This document shows positions 55,635 through 64,000 of a stretch of DNA of 64,000 nt, piece by piece (the first letter of the stretch is position 1; each line of letters begins with the position of its first letter). This DNA comes from Candidatus Krumholzibacteriia bacterium (GTDB lineage: Bacteria > Krumholzibacteriota > Krumholzibacteriia > JAJRXK01), in the NCBI GenBank assembly GCA_041484665.1, contig JBGPIA010000010.1, positions 1 through 64,000 of the forward strand, given 5' to 3'. Made by a program: the position numbers and the translations under genes. Under the pieces are notes generated by a model. The model ran no database searches, was not told the DNA's origin, and was given only the letters and a program-made list of their open reading frames with translations.

Positions 55635-56647
55635 CATCGGATCAGAGCGGACGCCCAGGTGAAGCCGCTGCCGAAGGCCGCGCACGCCACCAGCATCCCC
55701 GGCTGCAGCCGGCCCGCCTTGACCGCCTCGTCCAGCCCCAGCGGGATGGTGGCGGCCGTGGTGTTGGCGAAGCGCTGGATGGTGTTGAACATCTTGTCCT
55801 CGGACACCTCCAGGTGGCGGGCCACCTGCTCGATGATGCGCAGGTTGGCCTGGTGCAGCACGAACAGGTCCACGTCGGCGATCGAGAGCCCGTTGGCCCG
55901 CAGCGCCTCGTGGATCGCCTCGGGCATGCGGCGCACCGCATGGGTGAAGACCGACTTGCCGTTCATGCCCGGAAAGTGCTCACCCCGCTCGAGGATCTCG
56001 TGGGTGATGCGCGGGCCGTCATAGGTCTGCGACGGCGCCTTCGCCCATAGCTCCTTGGCGAACCGTCCGTCGGCGTGAAGGTGGGTGGACAGGACGTGGG
56101 AGTCGTGGGCGGGATCCTCGACCGTGCACGCCTCCAGCACGGCCGCGCCCGCGCCGTCGCCGAACAGCACGGCCAGGTCGCGCCCGCGGGTCGTGAGATC
56201 CAGCCCCTTGGAGTGGATCTCGGCGCCTACCAAGAGGACGCGCTTGTAGACACCGTTGCGGATGTATTGGTCGGCGATCGACAAACCGTAGACGAAGCCC
56301 GTGCACTGCTGGCGCACATCGAGCGCCGCGATGCCGGGCACCTCCAGCTTGGCCTGCAGGAAGCACGCCGTGCCCGGGAACTCGTGGTCGGGGCTGAGCG
56401 TGGCCAGCAGGAGCATGTCCAGGTCCTCTTTGCGCACGCTCGCGGCGGCGAGAGCCCGCTGGGCGGCTTCCAGCGCGAGATCGGAGGTCGTGGTCGTCCC
56501 GGAGACCCAGTGGCGTTCCCGGATGCCGGTGCGCTGCTGGATCCACTCATCGGAGGTGTCCATCCACTGGCGGAACTCGTCGTTGGTCACGACGCGCGGC
56601 GGGACGTAGCTACCGGTGCCGACGATCCGGGAGCGCAGCTGGGCCAT
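55631..56647 (-). CDS. fabH: 3-oxoacyl-ACP synthase III
   Basis: QCTGF, FGDGAGA, HQAN, NTTAA, FGSGFTW. Confidence 0.94.
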   Translation of the reverse strand: MAQLRSRIVGTGSYVPPRVVTNDEFRQWMDTSDEWIQQRTGIRERHWVSGTTTTSDLALEAAQRALAAASVRKEDLDMLLLATLSPDHEFPGTACFLQAKLEVPGIAALDVRQQCTGFVYGLSIADQYIRNGVYKRVLLVGAEIHSKGLDLTTRGRDLAVLFGDGAGAAVLEACTVEDPAHDSHVLSTHLHADGRFAKELWAKAPSQTYDGPRITHEILERGEHFPGMNGKSVFTHAVRRMPEAIHEALRANGLSIADVDLFVLHQANLRIIEQVARHLEVSEDKMFNTIQRFANTTAATIPLGLDEAVKAGRLQPGMLVACAAFGSGFTWASALIRW

Positions 56648-56773
56648 GATCTCACCCCAAGCGCGAGCGCGCGGGCCGGCGGCGCGCGCAACGGGCGCGG
56701 TCCGCGGCCGGCCGGCCGGGGAAGAGGATGCCGGGGGCGGCCATCATACGCAATCGCCCCCCGGATAAACAAT

Positions 56774-56806
56774 CGCCCCCCGGGGCGGCTGACGGCCCCG
56801 GGGGGC
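56774..56806 (-). terminator. Probable intrinsic terminator
   Basis: GC-rich hairpin followed on the minus strand by ATTGTTTAT, downstream of the gene ending at 56870. Confidence 0.6.
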
Positions 56807-56869
56807 GGAAACGCTGCGTCACGCTGGGTGCGGGCCCGCGATCGCGGGAGCCGTCCCCGGCGAGGCCGC

Positions 56870-58819
56870 CTACTTCACGAGGCTCAACTTGACCACCTCG
56901 GGCTCCTGTGTGGCGAAGCGCAGGCGTGCGTAGTACACGCCGCTGCCCACCGCGTGCCCTGAGGCATCGAAGCCGTCCCACACAGCCTCGTGCTTGCCGG
57001 GGTCGAGCATCTCCCGCACCAGCGTGCGCAAGCGCTCGCCGCGTTGGTTGTAGATCGCCAACTCCACGGGGCCCTTGGTCGAGACGACGTAGGCCACCTT
57101 GGTCCTGGGGTTGAACGGATTGGGAGAGACGCCGACGATGTAGGCACCGCGACGCGATGCCGGAGTACCGCCCGGCTGATCGCCCGTGAAGATATTGATC
57201 TGGTCGTCGGAGACGGGCTCGATGGAGTTGCGGCCGAAGCGTCCGTCGAGCATCCCCTCCACGATCTGATTCTGACCGACCGCCCCCACGATGGTGACCC
57301 CGGGAGCGGGGAAGACCACCACCGAGGAGTCGCTCGTGTCCTTGATGCTCCACGAGTTGACGCCGATCGTGTCCATCACCGTCGTCACGAAGGTGCGGAC
57401 GATGACGTTCTCGAGGGCCTCGCTCGTATCCAGGATCGTGGTCGAGTAGCGATCCACCGGCGGCAGCGGATTGCCGAAGCTCACCAGCTCCACCGCGTCG
57501 CCGCGCAGCGGCTGGATCTGCGTGGTGCCGCTGAACTCGGCGATGTGGCCCGAGATGCGGACGCGGTCGCCCACGAACAACGTGTTGAAGCCGCTGCCCT
57601 CGAACACGAACAGCCCGCTCCAGTCGCCGCCCGCTGGATCCTCGACGAGATACTGGCTCTTGATGCCGGTCTGCAGCTGCCCGGGAGACACCGTAATGAT
57701 GCCCTCGACATTCACCAGGCTGTCCCGTGCCGCGAACAGGCTACCCGTCGTGCCGGGAGCCAGCGTCGACTGGATGGTGGTGATGGGCGTCGTGCCCACC
57801 GCCACCTGCAGGAAGGTCGTCGGAGCGCCGCCGGGCAGGCGCGTCACGGTGGCGGAGTTGTCGGTGCCCTCGACGTAGTAATCGATGTGGCCGCTGGTGT
57901 GGGGCGCCGGAACCGTGGCCGACCAGCTATTGCCCCCTCCGTGCGTCATCGCCACGTAGGAGAAGCCCAGCGCTCCAGCATTGCGGTAGTACAGCCGCGC
58001 GCTGGCGATGAACCCGTTGGGGTCGACGATGTCAGCGCTCACGCCCATCGGCGTGCCGGACAAGGGCGTCCACGGATGCGGAGTGACGAGGCTGATGAGC
58101 GGATTGCCGTTGACCAGGTCCGTCTGGCGCCGTGGCTTGAGCTCGAGCAACGCATTGAACGCCGTCATCGGCCCGATGAGGGTGAATTGCGCGCCCTCCG
58201 TGAGCCCAGAGGTGTCGATGTGTGTGTCGCGGTCGAAAAAGACCACCAGGGTGTCGGGGGCGGTCACCAGGTTGATCGTGCCCTGCCCACCCAGCGCCGG
58301 GTTGGGGGGCGGCAGTCCGCCCAGCGCGACACTGCCCGTGACCCCGACCAACCTCCCGACGAGCTCGTAGTCGCCGGCACTGCGCGTCCCGCTGCCGTCG
58401 AAGTCCTTGGCCTGGTGGACGGTCAAAGCCAGCGGCGTGATCTCGGGCCCCGAATTGATGAAGGTCGTCGAAACGGGCGCGCCAAGCTGCAGCTCGCCGC
58501 TGAACGCGCTCACCGTGCCGGTGACCTCGACCGTATCGCCGTAGGCGAGGGTGGGGGCCGCCGTGTTGAAGAATTGGATGCCGCCGGTGGAGTCCTCGAC
58601 GTAGAAGGTGCCGCTGTTGTAGGTCCCCTTGAGCGTAGAGAGTGCACCACGGACCGTCACCACTTGGGCGTTGAACGGCGACGCGGGCACGCCCGCGCTC
58701 GTGTAGACTTGAATATCGGTCATGGGTGTGATCACGGCCCAAGCCGCGGATGCCATGGAGCATACGACTGCCAGCAGAACGAGGGCGGCGAGGGTTCGGA
58801 TCCTGGACGTTTGCAACAT
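56870..58819 (-). CDS. Secreted protein with repeated OB-fold-like domains and FlgD/T9SS-type CTD
   Basis: Signal peptide; FYVED..GGI..GDTVEVTG.V..FSG.LQL repeated as GDRVRISG...EFSG.TQI; SPNPFNP CTD. Confidence 0.85.
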   Translation of the reverse strand: MLQTSRIRTLAALVLLAVVCSMASAAWAVITPMTDIQVYTSAGVPASPFNAQVVTVRGALSTLKGTYNSGTFYVEDSTGGIQFFNTAAPTLAYGDTVEVTGTVSAFSGELQLGAPVSTTFINSGPEITPLALTVHQAKDFDGSGTRSAGDYELVGRLVGVTGSVALGGLPPPNPALGGQGTINLVTAPDTLVVFFDRDTHIDTSGLTEGAQFTLIGPMTAFNALLELKPRRQTDLVNGNPLISLVTPHPWTPLSGTPMGVSADIVDPNGFIASARLYYRNAGALGFSYVAMTHGGGNSWSATVPAPHTSGHIDYYVEGTDNSATVTRLPGGAPTTFLQVAVGTTPITTIQSTLAPGTTGSLFAARDSLVNVEGIITVSPGQLQTGIKSQYLVEDPAGGDWSGLFVFEGSGFNTLFVGDRVRISGHIAEFSGTTQIQPLRGDAVELVSFGNPLPPVDRYSTTILDTSEALENVIVRTFVTTVMDTIGVNSWSIKDTSDSSVVVFPAPGVTIVGAVGQNQIVEGMLDGRFGRNSIEPVSDDQINIFTGDQPGGTPASRRGAYIVGVSPNPFNPRTKVAYVVSTKGPVELAIYNQRGERLRTLVREMLDPGKHEAVWDGFDASGHAVGSGVYYARLRFATQEPEVVKLSLVK

Positions 58820-58964
58820 GCTGGAGAAGCCTCCTCTCACGGTGGACCGAAGTGGATCCGCTCGTCGGCAATGAGGCGCGAATCCATTGCTGCGCTGTCG
58901 GTCGATGATCGCGATCAGTCTGTGTTCCCGGTCAAGGTCTAAGATCCCAGGGAATTCAACGCGC

Positions 58965-58992
58965 AGTATACCACGCCACGCAGACACCTCAA
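58965..58992 (-). promoter_or_regulatory. Sigma70-type promoter TTGAGG-N16-TATACT with TG extension
   Basis: Consensus-like boxes about 145 nt upstream of the 58819 start. Confidence 0.5.
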
Positions 58993-59798
58993 AGCACCCC
59001 GGTATCGCCCCCGTACCGATTGTGTGACCTTCTCCGCCACAGTCCGCCTCGCCCCGGCAGCGCGTAGCGTCCCAGGATCGAAAGGATCGTGAGAGAGGCA
59101 CTCAGGGTTCCGCGCAGCGTTCCGGTGATCTTGCTGCGCCCCACGCGCTTACGGTAGCGGACGGGGACCTCGGTGCAGCGCAGCCCCCCTCCGGCAGCCT
59201 TGAGCTGCATCTCGACGGTCCAGCCGAAGGCGGGCTCCTGCATGCCGAGGGCCTCGAGCGCCCCCCACGCGATCGCGCGGAAGGGCCCCAGGTCGGTGAA
59301 CCGCACCCCGGTCGTCCAGCGGATCAGGCGGCCCGCCAGCCAATTGCCCAGGCGCGCCTGCGGCAGCAGAGCCCCCGGCTCACGCTCGCCGAGCACCCGC
59401 GACCCGATCACCAGGTCAGCCTCCCCCGCCAGCACCGGGCCGGCGACCGCGGGGAGCTCGAGCGGGTCGTCGCTCCAATCGGCGTCGAGGAACACGACGA
59501 CGTCGCACGGGTCCGGCCGCCGGCGGCGGATCTCCGCCAGCGCCGCCAAGCACGCGCGCCCGTAGCCGCGCGCCGGCTCGCGGACGACCACCGCTCCGCG
59601 CGCTTGCGCGACGGAGGCGGTCGCGTCGCGGCTTCCGTTGTCGGCCACGACCACGGTGATGCCCGGGGCGCGCGGCAGCGCGTCGAGAACCAGGCCGATG
59701 GATGCCTCCTCGTCGAGCGCGGGGATCACGATCCAGAGCGGGCGCGCTGGGCCCGCGCCCTCAGCGCCCGCGTGCTCAGTGCCCGCGCGCGAGCTCAC
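58989..59798 (-). CDS. Glycosyltransferase family 2 (DPM-synthase-like)
   Basis: IPALDEE, DNGSRD, GYGRA, FLDAD, DLGPFRA, SKITG. Confidence 0.92.
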   Translation of the reverse strand: MSSRAGTEHAGAEGAGPARPLWIVIPALDEEASIGLVLDALPRAPGITVVVADNGSRDATASVAQARGAVVVREPARGYGRACLAALAEIRRRRPDPCDVVVFLDADWSDDPLELPAVAGPVLAGEADLVIGSRVLGEREPGALLPQARLGNWLAGRLIRWTTGVRFTDLGPFRAIAWGALEALGMQEPAFGWTVEMQLKAAGGGLRCTEVPVRYRKRVGRSKITGTLRGTLSASLTILSILGRYALPGRGGLWRRRSHNRYGGDTGVL

Positions 59799-60492
59799 GC
59801 AGGCCCTCGATGTTGGGCAGCACGAAGAAGCGGCCCTCGGTCTCGAGCAGTCCGTCGCGTCGGAAGCGGTTGAGCAGCGACGTGGTGGTCTCGCGCGTGG
59901 AGGCGATCAGGTTCGCCAGCTCCTGGTGCGTCACGCGCAGGTGGATGCGCACCTTGCCCGAGGTCTCATGGTGCCCGTGGCGCTCCGCCAGCTGCACGAG
60001 GGCTCCCGCCAGGCGCTGTGGCACGTCATGGAAGGCCAGCGCCTCGATCTGGGAGCGTGCGCCGAGCAGCCGTTCACTCATCTGGCGTGCCACCGCCAAT
60101 GCCACGTCGGGGTTCTCGGCGAGGATGTGCTCGAAGTCCGTGCGGCTGACCTGGCAGACGAGGCATTCGTCCACCGCCTCGGCATAGCCATTGCCGCGCT
60201 CCCCGTGCGCGAGGGCCTCCTCGCCGAAGAACTCGCCCTCCTCGAGGATCGCCAGCGTGATCTCCTTGCCCCGGTCGTCGAAGCGGCTCAGCTTGACCCG
60301 CCCGCCGCGCAGCACGTAGATCGTGTCGCCCGGATCGTCGGGCCCCAGGATCACCTGTCCGCGCTGGTAGGTGGTCTCGACCGCTAGGTTGCAGAGCTTT
60401 TCGAGCGTCTCTTCCTTGAAGCTGTGGAACAGGTTGATACGCTTGAGGTACCAGACCCTGTCGCTGGTCGTCCGGTCGCCGGGAGCCGCCAC
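59776..60492 (-). CDS. Crp/Fnr-family transcriptional regulator
   Basis: cNMP-like domain (GEFFGE) and HTH THQELANLIASTRET. Confidence 0.94.
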   Translation of the reverse strand: MAAPGDRTTSDRVWYLKRINLFHSFKEETLEKLCNLAVETTYQRGQVILGPDDPGDTIYVLRGGRVKLSRFDDRGKEITLAILEEGEFFGEEALAHGERGNGYAEAVDECLVCQVSRTDFEHILAENPDVALAVARQMSERLLGARSQIEALAFHDVPQRLAGALVQLAERHGHHETSGKVRIHLRVTHQELANLIASTRETTTSLLNRFRRDGLLETEGRFFVLPNIEGLRELARGH

Positions 60493-60671
60493 GGGGTCCT
60501 CCTGCAGGAAGCGGGCACGCGTTGCCGAAGCGGCACCGGCGCGTCCATGGCCGGCGAAGCGTGGGAGCCGCCCCGCCCCAGCGCGTCGCGGAGCGCCCGC
60601 CCGACAGCCTGTCTGATGATCCGGCGCGCACCGGTTGCTTGTCGAGCGGCGCCTTCTGAAGAAGGAGGAGC

Positions 60672-61373
60672 GTGGTGAGCCTGGGTATCTTCCTCAAGGC
60701 GCCGCTGCCGGGCCAGGTGAAGACGCGCCTGTGCCCCCCGCTCTCCGCCGTGGACGCCGCGAGCCTGTATACGTCGTTCCTGGCCGATACGCTCCAGGCC
60801 GCGGCCGCCTGCGCTGGCCAGGAGGTTCTCTTGTTCTACGAGGGAGCCCACCCTACCAGCTACCTGGCGCCGACCCTGACCGCAGCGTTGCTCCCCAGTG
60901 TGGTCGAGATCGCACAGCGCGGCAGCGATCTGGGGGAGCGCTTGGAGGCCGCAGTCGGCGACGCGGCCGAGCGCGGCAGCCTCCCGCTGCTGATCCTCGG
61001 CAGCGACAGCCCAGACCTGCCCGCCGGGCACTTGACGGCGGCGCTCGCCGCACTTCCCGCATATGATCTCGTGCTGGGACCCGCATCCGATGGCGGGGTC
61101 TGGTGCATCGGCGTGCGGCGCGCGCTGCCCGGGCTGCTGCTGGGCATCGCCTGGAGCCGGCCAACCGTCGCCGTGGAGTTGCGGGCCCGGGCCGCCGCGC
61201 GGGGGCTGCGCGTGGGCGACGCGGACGCTTGGTACGACGTGGACACGATCGGCGACTTGTACGCCCTCGGCGCGCGTCTGGCCGGGGGTGGGGCGGGCGC
61301 GGCCTACACGGCGCGCTGGCTGGCACGGTATCAGGAGCGCCAGCGAACCGACGGCGAAACGGAGCGGCGGTGA
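60672..61373 (+). CDS. TIGR04282/DUF2064-family glycosyltransferase-like protein
   Basis: KAPLPGQVKTRL, Q.G.DLGERL, GSDSPDLP, GPASDGG, DVDT; AGGAGG RBS. Confidence 0.88.
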   Translation: MVSLGIFLKAPLPGQVKTRLCPPLSAVDAASLYTSFLADTLQAAAACAGQEVLLFYEGAHPTSYLAPTLTAALLPSVVEIAQRGSDLGERLEAAVGDAAERGSLPLLILGSDSPDLPAGHLTAALAALPAYDLVLGPASDGGVWCIGVRRALPGLLLGIAWSRPTVAVELRARAAARGLRVGDADAWYDVDTIGDLYALGARLAGGGAGAAYTARWLARYQERQRTDGETERR

Positions 61374-62023
61374 GAGGGAACCACGAGCGGAGCGCTTCCG
61401 GTGCAGCGGTGCGCAGCCTTGCCATCGCTCTGCTCGTGGTAAGCAGCGGGCTCGCCATGACCCTGGGCAACACAGCCGCCACACCCCCCGGGAGTGGGCA
61501 GAGCCATCCGGGGCCCAAAGCCTCCGACCTACCGGCGATCCCAGGGCATTACACCATCGGCCTGTACGCCGATGCGCAGGGCACCACCAGATCGCTGGAG
61601 CTCCAGGCCGACCAGTCGGAGTTCGATGCGTTCGTCGGCGTCACCGGCGACTCGGCGCGCACGTTCAGCGCCTGCGCCTTCACGCTGCGGCTGCCCGAGG
61701 GCGTCACCCTCGAAGGAGCGATCCACTGGCGGAACATCCCGGGCCTGCAGCACTGGGGTAATCCAGCGCTCGAGGGCGTGCGCGTCGAGTACGCCGACAG
61801 CTGCCAGGCCCAGCGCGGCACCGCGCCCGTGATCCTGGGGCGCGTCCCCATGAAGGCGCAGCCGACGTTCCGCGGCGGCCACATCGAGGTCGCCGGGCAC
61901 AAGCGGTTCGGCTGCGCGGTGGAGCTGTGCGTCCCCGGGTACCCCAAGCCCCTTGCGGACGGGCTGGCCCTGACCGTCGAGCGCAAGCGGTCGCTGTGGC
62001 GCCGCCTGCGCGATCTGTTCTGA
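61370..62023 (+). CDS. Hypothetical exported protein
   Basis: GTGA overlap; hydrophobic signal; beta-rich IGLYAD domain. Confidence 0.6.
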   Translation: MRGNHERSASGAAVRSLAIALLVVSSGLAMTLGNTAATPPGSGQSHPGPKASDLPAIPGHYTIGLYADAQGTTRSLELQADQSEFDAFVGVTGDSARTFSACAFTLRLPEGVTLEGAIHWRNIPGLQHWGNPALEGVRVEYADSCQAQRGTAPVILGRVPMKAQPTFRGGHIEVAGHKRFGCAVELCVPGYPKPLADGLALTVERKRSLWRRLRDLF

Positions 62024-62049
62024 GCGCGTAGGCGCGAGGGCGGCGCGTC

Positions 62050-62799
62050 GTGTTCCTTCCGCTGCACGACCACATTCCCACGCGGCGCACGGCGGTGGTG
62101 ACGATCGGGCTGATCGCCGCCAACATCCTCGTCTTCCTTTTCGAGGTCGGCCACGGGACGCAGATGAGCGCGCTGATCGCGCGCTGGGGAGCGATTCCGT
62201 GGGAGCTGACGCATGGGCGAGCGATCGTCCTTCCCGACACCGGGCTGCCGGAGGCCGAACTTCCAGCCGCCTACCCGACCGCCCCCGGGTTTCCCTGGGT
62301 GACAGCGCTCTCGTCGATGTTCATGCACGGCGGCTGGGCGCATCTGCTCTTCAACATGCTCTACCTGTGGATCTTCGGAAACAACGTCGAGGACGTGCTC
62401 GGACGGGTACGGTTCATTGTCTTCTATCTCTCCGCCGGGCTGTGCGCTCTGCTCGCGCACGTCCTCAGCAATCCCGGCTCCACGGTCCCCGTGGTGGGCG
62501 CCAGCGGCGCGATCGGCGGGGTCCTGGGCGCCTATCTCTTCCTGTTTCCCCATGCGCGCGTCACGTCGCTCTTGTTCTTGGGCTTCTTCATTCGCCTGGT
62601 CGAGGTTCCCGCCGTCCTGCTGCTGGGCTTCTGGGTCCTGCTGCAGCTGCTGGGCGGATGCGTATCGCTGGCGTGGTCGGGCGCAGCAGGCGTCGCCTAC
62701 TGGGCCCACATCGGCGGCTTCGCCGCCGGGTGGCTGGGCGTTCGCCTCCTGCTCCCCGTGCGCATGCGTTGGAAGGACCCCGACCTCCCGGTCTCCTGA
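62050..62799 (+). CDS. Rhomboid-family intramembrane serine protease
   Basis: MFMHGGWAHL..NM, GASG, AHIGG. Confidence 0.95.
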   Translation: MFLPLHDHIPTRRTAVVTIGLIAANILVFLFEVGHGTQMSALIARWGAIPWELTHGRAIVLPDTGLPEAELPAAYPTAPGFPWVTALSSMFMHGGWAHLLFNMLYLWIFGNNVEDVLGRVRFIVFYLSAGLCALLAHVLSNPGSTVPVVGASGAIGGVLGAYLFLFPHARVTSLLFLGFFIRLVEVPAVLLLGFWVLLQLLGGCVSLAWSGAAGVAYWAHIGGFAAGWLGVRLLLPVRMRWKDPDLPVS

Positions 62800-62826
62800 G
62801 GAGGCACGCCGCTGTAAGCAGCGCGC

Positions 62827-63480
62827 TCACTTCACGCCCAGCACGCAGACGGCCGACACCGGGCGCAGCGCCTTGCGCTCTGTGCGCACCTGCGTGAGCC
62901 CCGCCTCCTCGAGCGCGGCCGCGAGCGCGCGCCCGGTGTCCTGCGCGCTGCGCTCGTCGGCGCCCCGCCAGCGCGGCTGCACCGTGACGGCGAGCACCCC
63001 GCCAGGGCGCAGCACGCGCAACTGCTCGCGCAGCGCCGGCCTCGGGTCCCCCCAGAACTGGGCGCAGTTGATGGAGAACACCTTGTCGAATGCCGCAGCG
63101 GGATAGGGCAAGGAGATGGCTTGCCCGAGCTGGACCTCCACGCGCCCCGCGCGCACCGCACGCCGGTTGCGCCGGCGCGCGTGCCGCACCATCAGCTCCG
63201 AGTGGTCGACGCCCGCCACGAACCCGTCGCGGGCGAGCCGTGCCACGCGGCAGATGTCGGCGCCGGGACCGAACCCGATCTCGAGGATCCGATCCGCCGG
63301 CCGCACCTGCAGCAGGGCGATCACCCAGCGGCTGCGAGCCCGGTTCTTCATCGCCATCAGATGGCCGACCAACCGGCCCAAGAGGCCCGTGGGCTTCTCG
63401 AATTGATGGGTCCAGCCTGTGCGGGCGCCACCGTGGGGGAGTTGGCATCCGCACCCGAGGGCTGACGTCGTCGCTTCCAT
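62827..63480 (-). CDS. Class I SAM-dependent methyltransferase
   Basis: LEIGFGPG, GVDHS, FDKV, LRPGG; AGGAGG RBS. Confidence 0.9.
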   Translation of the reverse strand: MEATTSALGCGCQLPHGGARTGWTHQFEKPTGLLGRLVGHLMAMKNRARSRWVIALLQVRPADRILEIGFGPGADICRVARLARDGFVAGVDHSELMVRHARRRNRRAVRAGRVEVQLGQAISLPYPAAAFDKVFSINCAQFWGDPRPALREQLRVLRPGGVLAVTVQPRWRGADERSAQDTGRALAAALEEAGLTQVRTERKALRPVSAVCVLGVK

Positions 63481-63499
63481 GATCTTTCCTCCTGGGTTG

Positions 63500-63521
63500 T
63501 GATCACGGCCGGCCGTGATCA
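63500..63521. promoter_or_regulatory. Perfect 22-bp palindrome TGATCACGGCCGGCCGTGATCA
   Basis: Exact dyad between the MarR stop and the methyltransferase RBS. Confidence 0.4.
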
Positions 63522-63530
63522 GGTCCACGC

Positions 63531-64000
63531 TTACGATCGTCCAGCGTTGTCCCTGCTCTTGCGCCCGCTCTTGCGGCGGCGCGCCGCGCGGGCGCGGGGC
63601 CGGCGGGCAGCGGGGCGGCGGGCATCGAAACGGCGTGCCCGCGGGGTTGCGGCGTCGGCGCGGGGCGAGCCGGACCTCCTCGATCCGCCGGGCGGCCGCA
63701 GCGACTCCGCCAGCAGCGCCCACGGCGGGCCCGTCAGCGCCTCGCGCAGACCGCGCACCACCGCGCTGGCCGCCCGCAGCTGCGACGCCGAGAACGCGAA
63801 CCGCAGCTGCGCGAAGGCGGCTGCCTCCCGCTGGCGCATCTGCTCCAGCGCCTGCTCGCCTTGCGCGGTCAGGCGGACCAGACGCGAGCGGCGATGGGCC
63901 GGGTTGTCCACGAGCTCCACATATCCGTCGCCGGCCAGAGAGTTGACATGGGTCTGCATGTGTTGCCGCGAGACGGGCCGCATCCGGGCCAGCTGTGGGA
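63531..64000 (-). CDS. MarR-family transcriptional regulator (5' end beyond the window)
   Basis: PQLAR...SRQ....VN.L...GYVE...NPAHRRS.LVRLT..G. Confidence 0.88.
   Translation of the reverse strand, partial: PQLARMRPVSRQHMQTHVNSLAGDGYVELVDNPAHRRSRLVRLTAQGEQALEQMRQREAAAFAQLRFAFSASQLRAASAVVRGLREALTGPPWALLAESLRPPGGSRRSGSPRADAATPRARRFDARRPAARRPRARAARRRKSGRKSRDNAGRS

Noticed and set aside
56751..56783. 14-bp direct repeat CAATCGCCCCCCGG as a mobile-element scar
   Set aside because: It overlaps one arm of the terminator hairpin, and no other element features are present.

Overview
GC-rich bacterial chromosomal region with about 50 genes and no rRNA, tRNA or CRISPR array detected. Five proteins with C-terminal 'PNPF' FlgD/T9SS-type sorting domains, a PorV-family barrel and a TonB-dependent receptor suggest an FCB-superphylum organism (Eisenbacteria/Krumholzibacteriota/Latescibacterota-like; this is inference). 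At the left end a secreted-protein gene is interrupted by an intact IS1380-family element (17-bp TIRs, CTAC target duplication) and probably also by an IS66-like element at the window edge. Main gene blocks: (1) lipoprotein-TBDR-PorV-NHL lipoprotein operon; (2) miaE, gcdH and an MFS transporter; (3) a giant HExxH metalloprotease; (4) pspC/liaF-like pair with a SigW-like promoter; (5) a five-gene operon of beta-decarboxylating dehydrogenase, HMG-CoA-lyase-like enzyme, class III CoA-transferase and LeuC/LeuD-like dehydratase with no LeuA-type synthase; (6) TlpA-DUF4266-DUF3570-ApbE flavinylation cluster; (7) mscL, tag, fabH, Crp, rhomboid and methyltransferases. Notable sequence structure: a ~266-nt rod-like inverted repeat at 52.8-53.0 kb, and ten or more local tandem duplications with periods that are multiples of 3 at gene ends and junctions. 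Start codons were chosen by eye from RBS and stop/start overlaps. Family calls come from motif recognition, not database searches.
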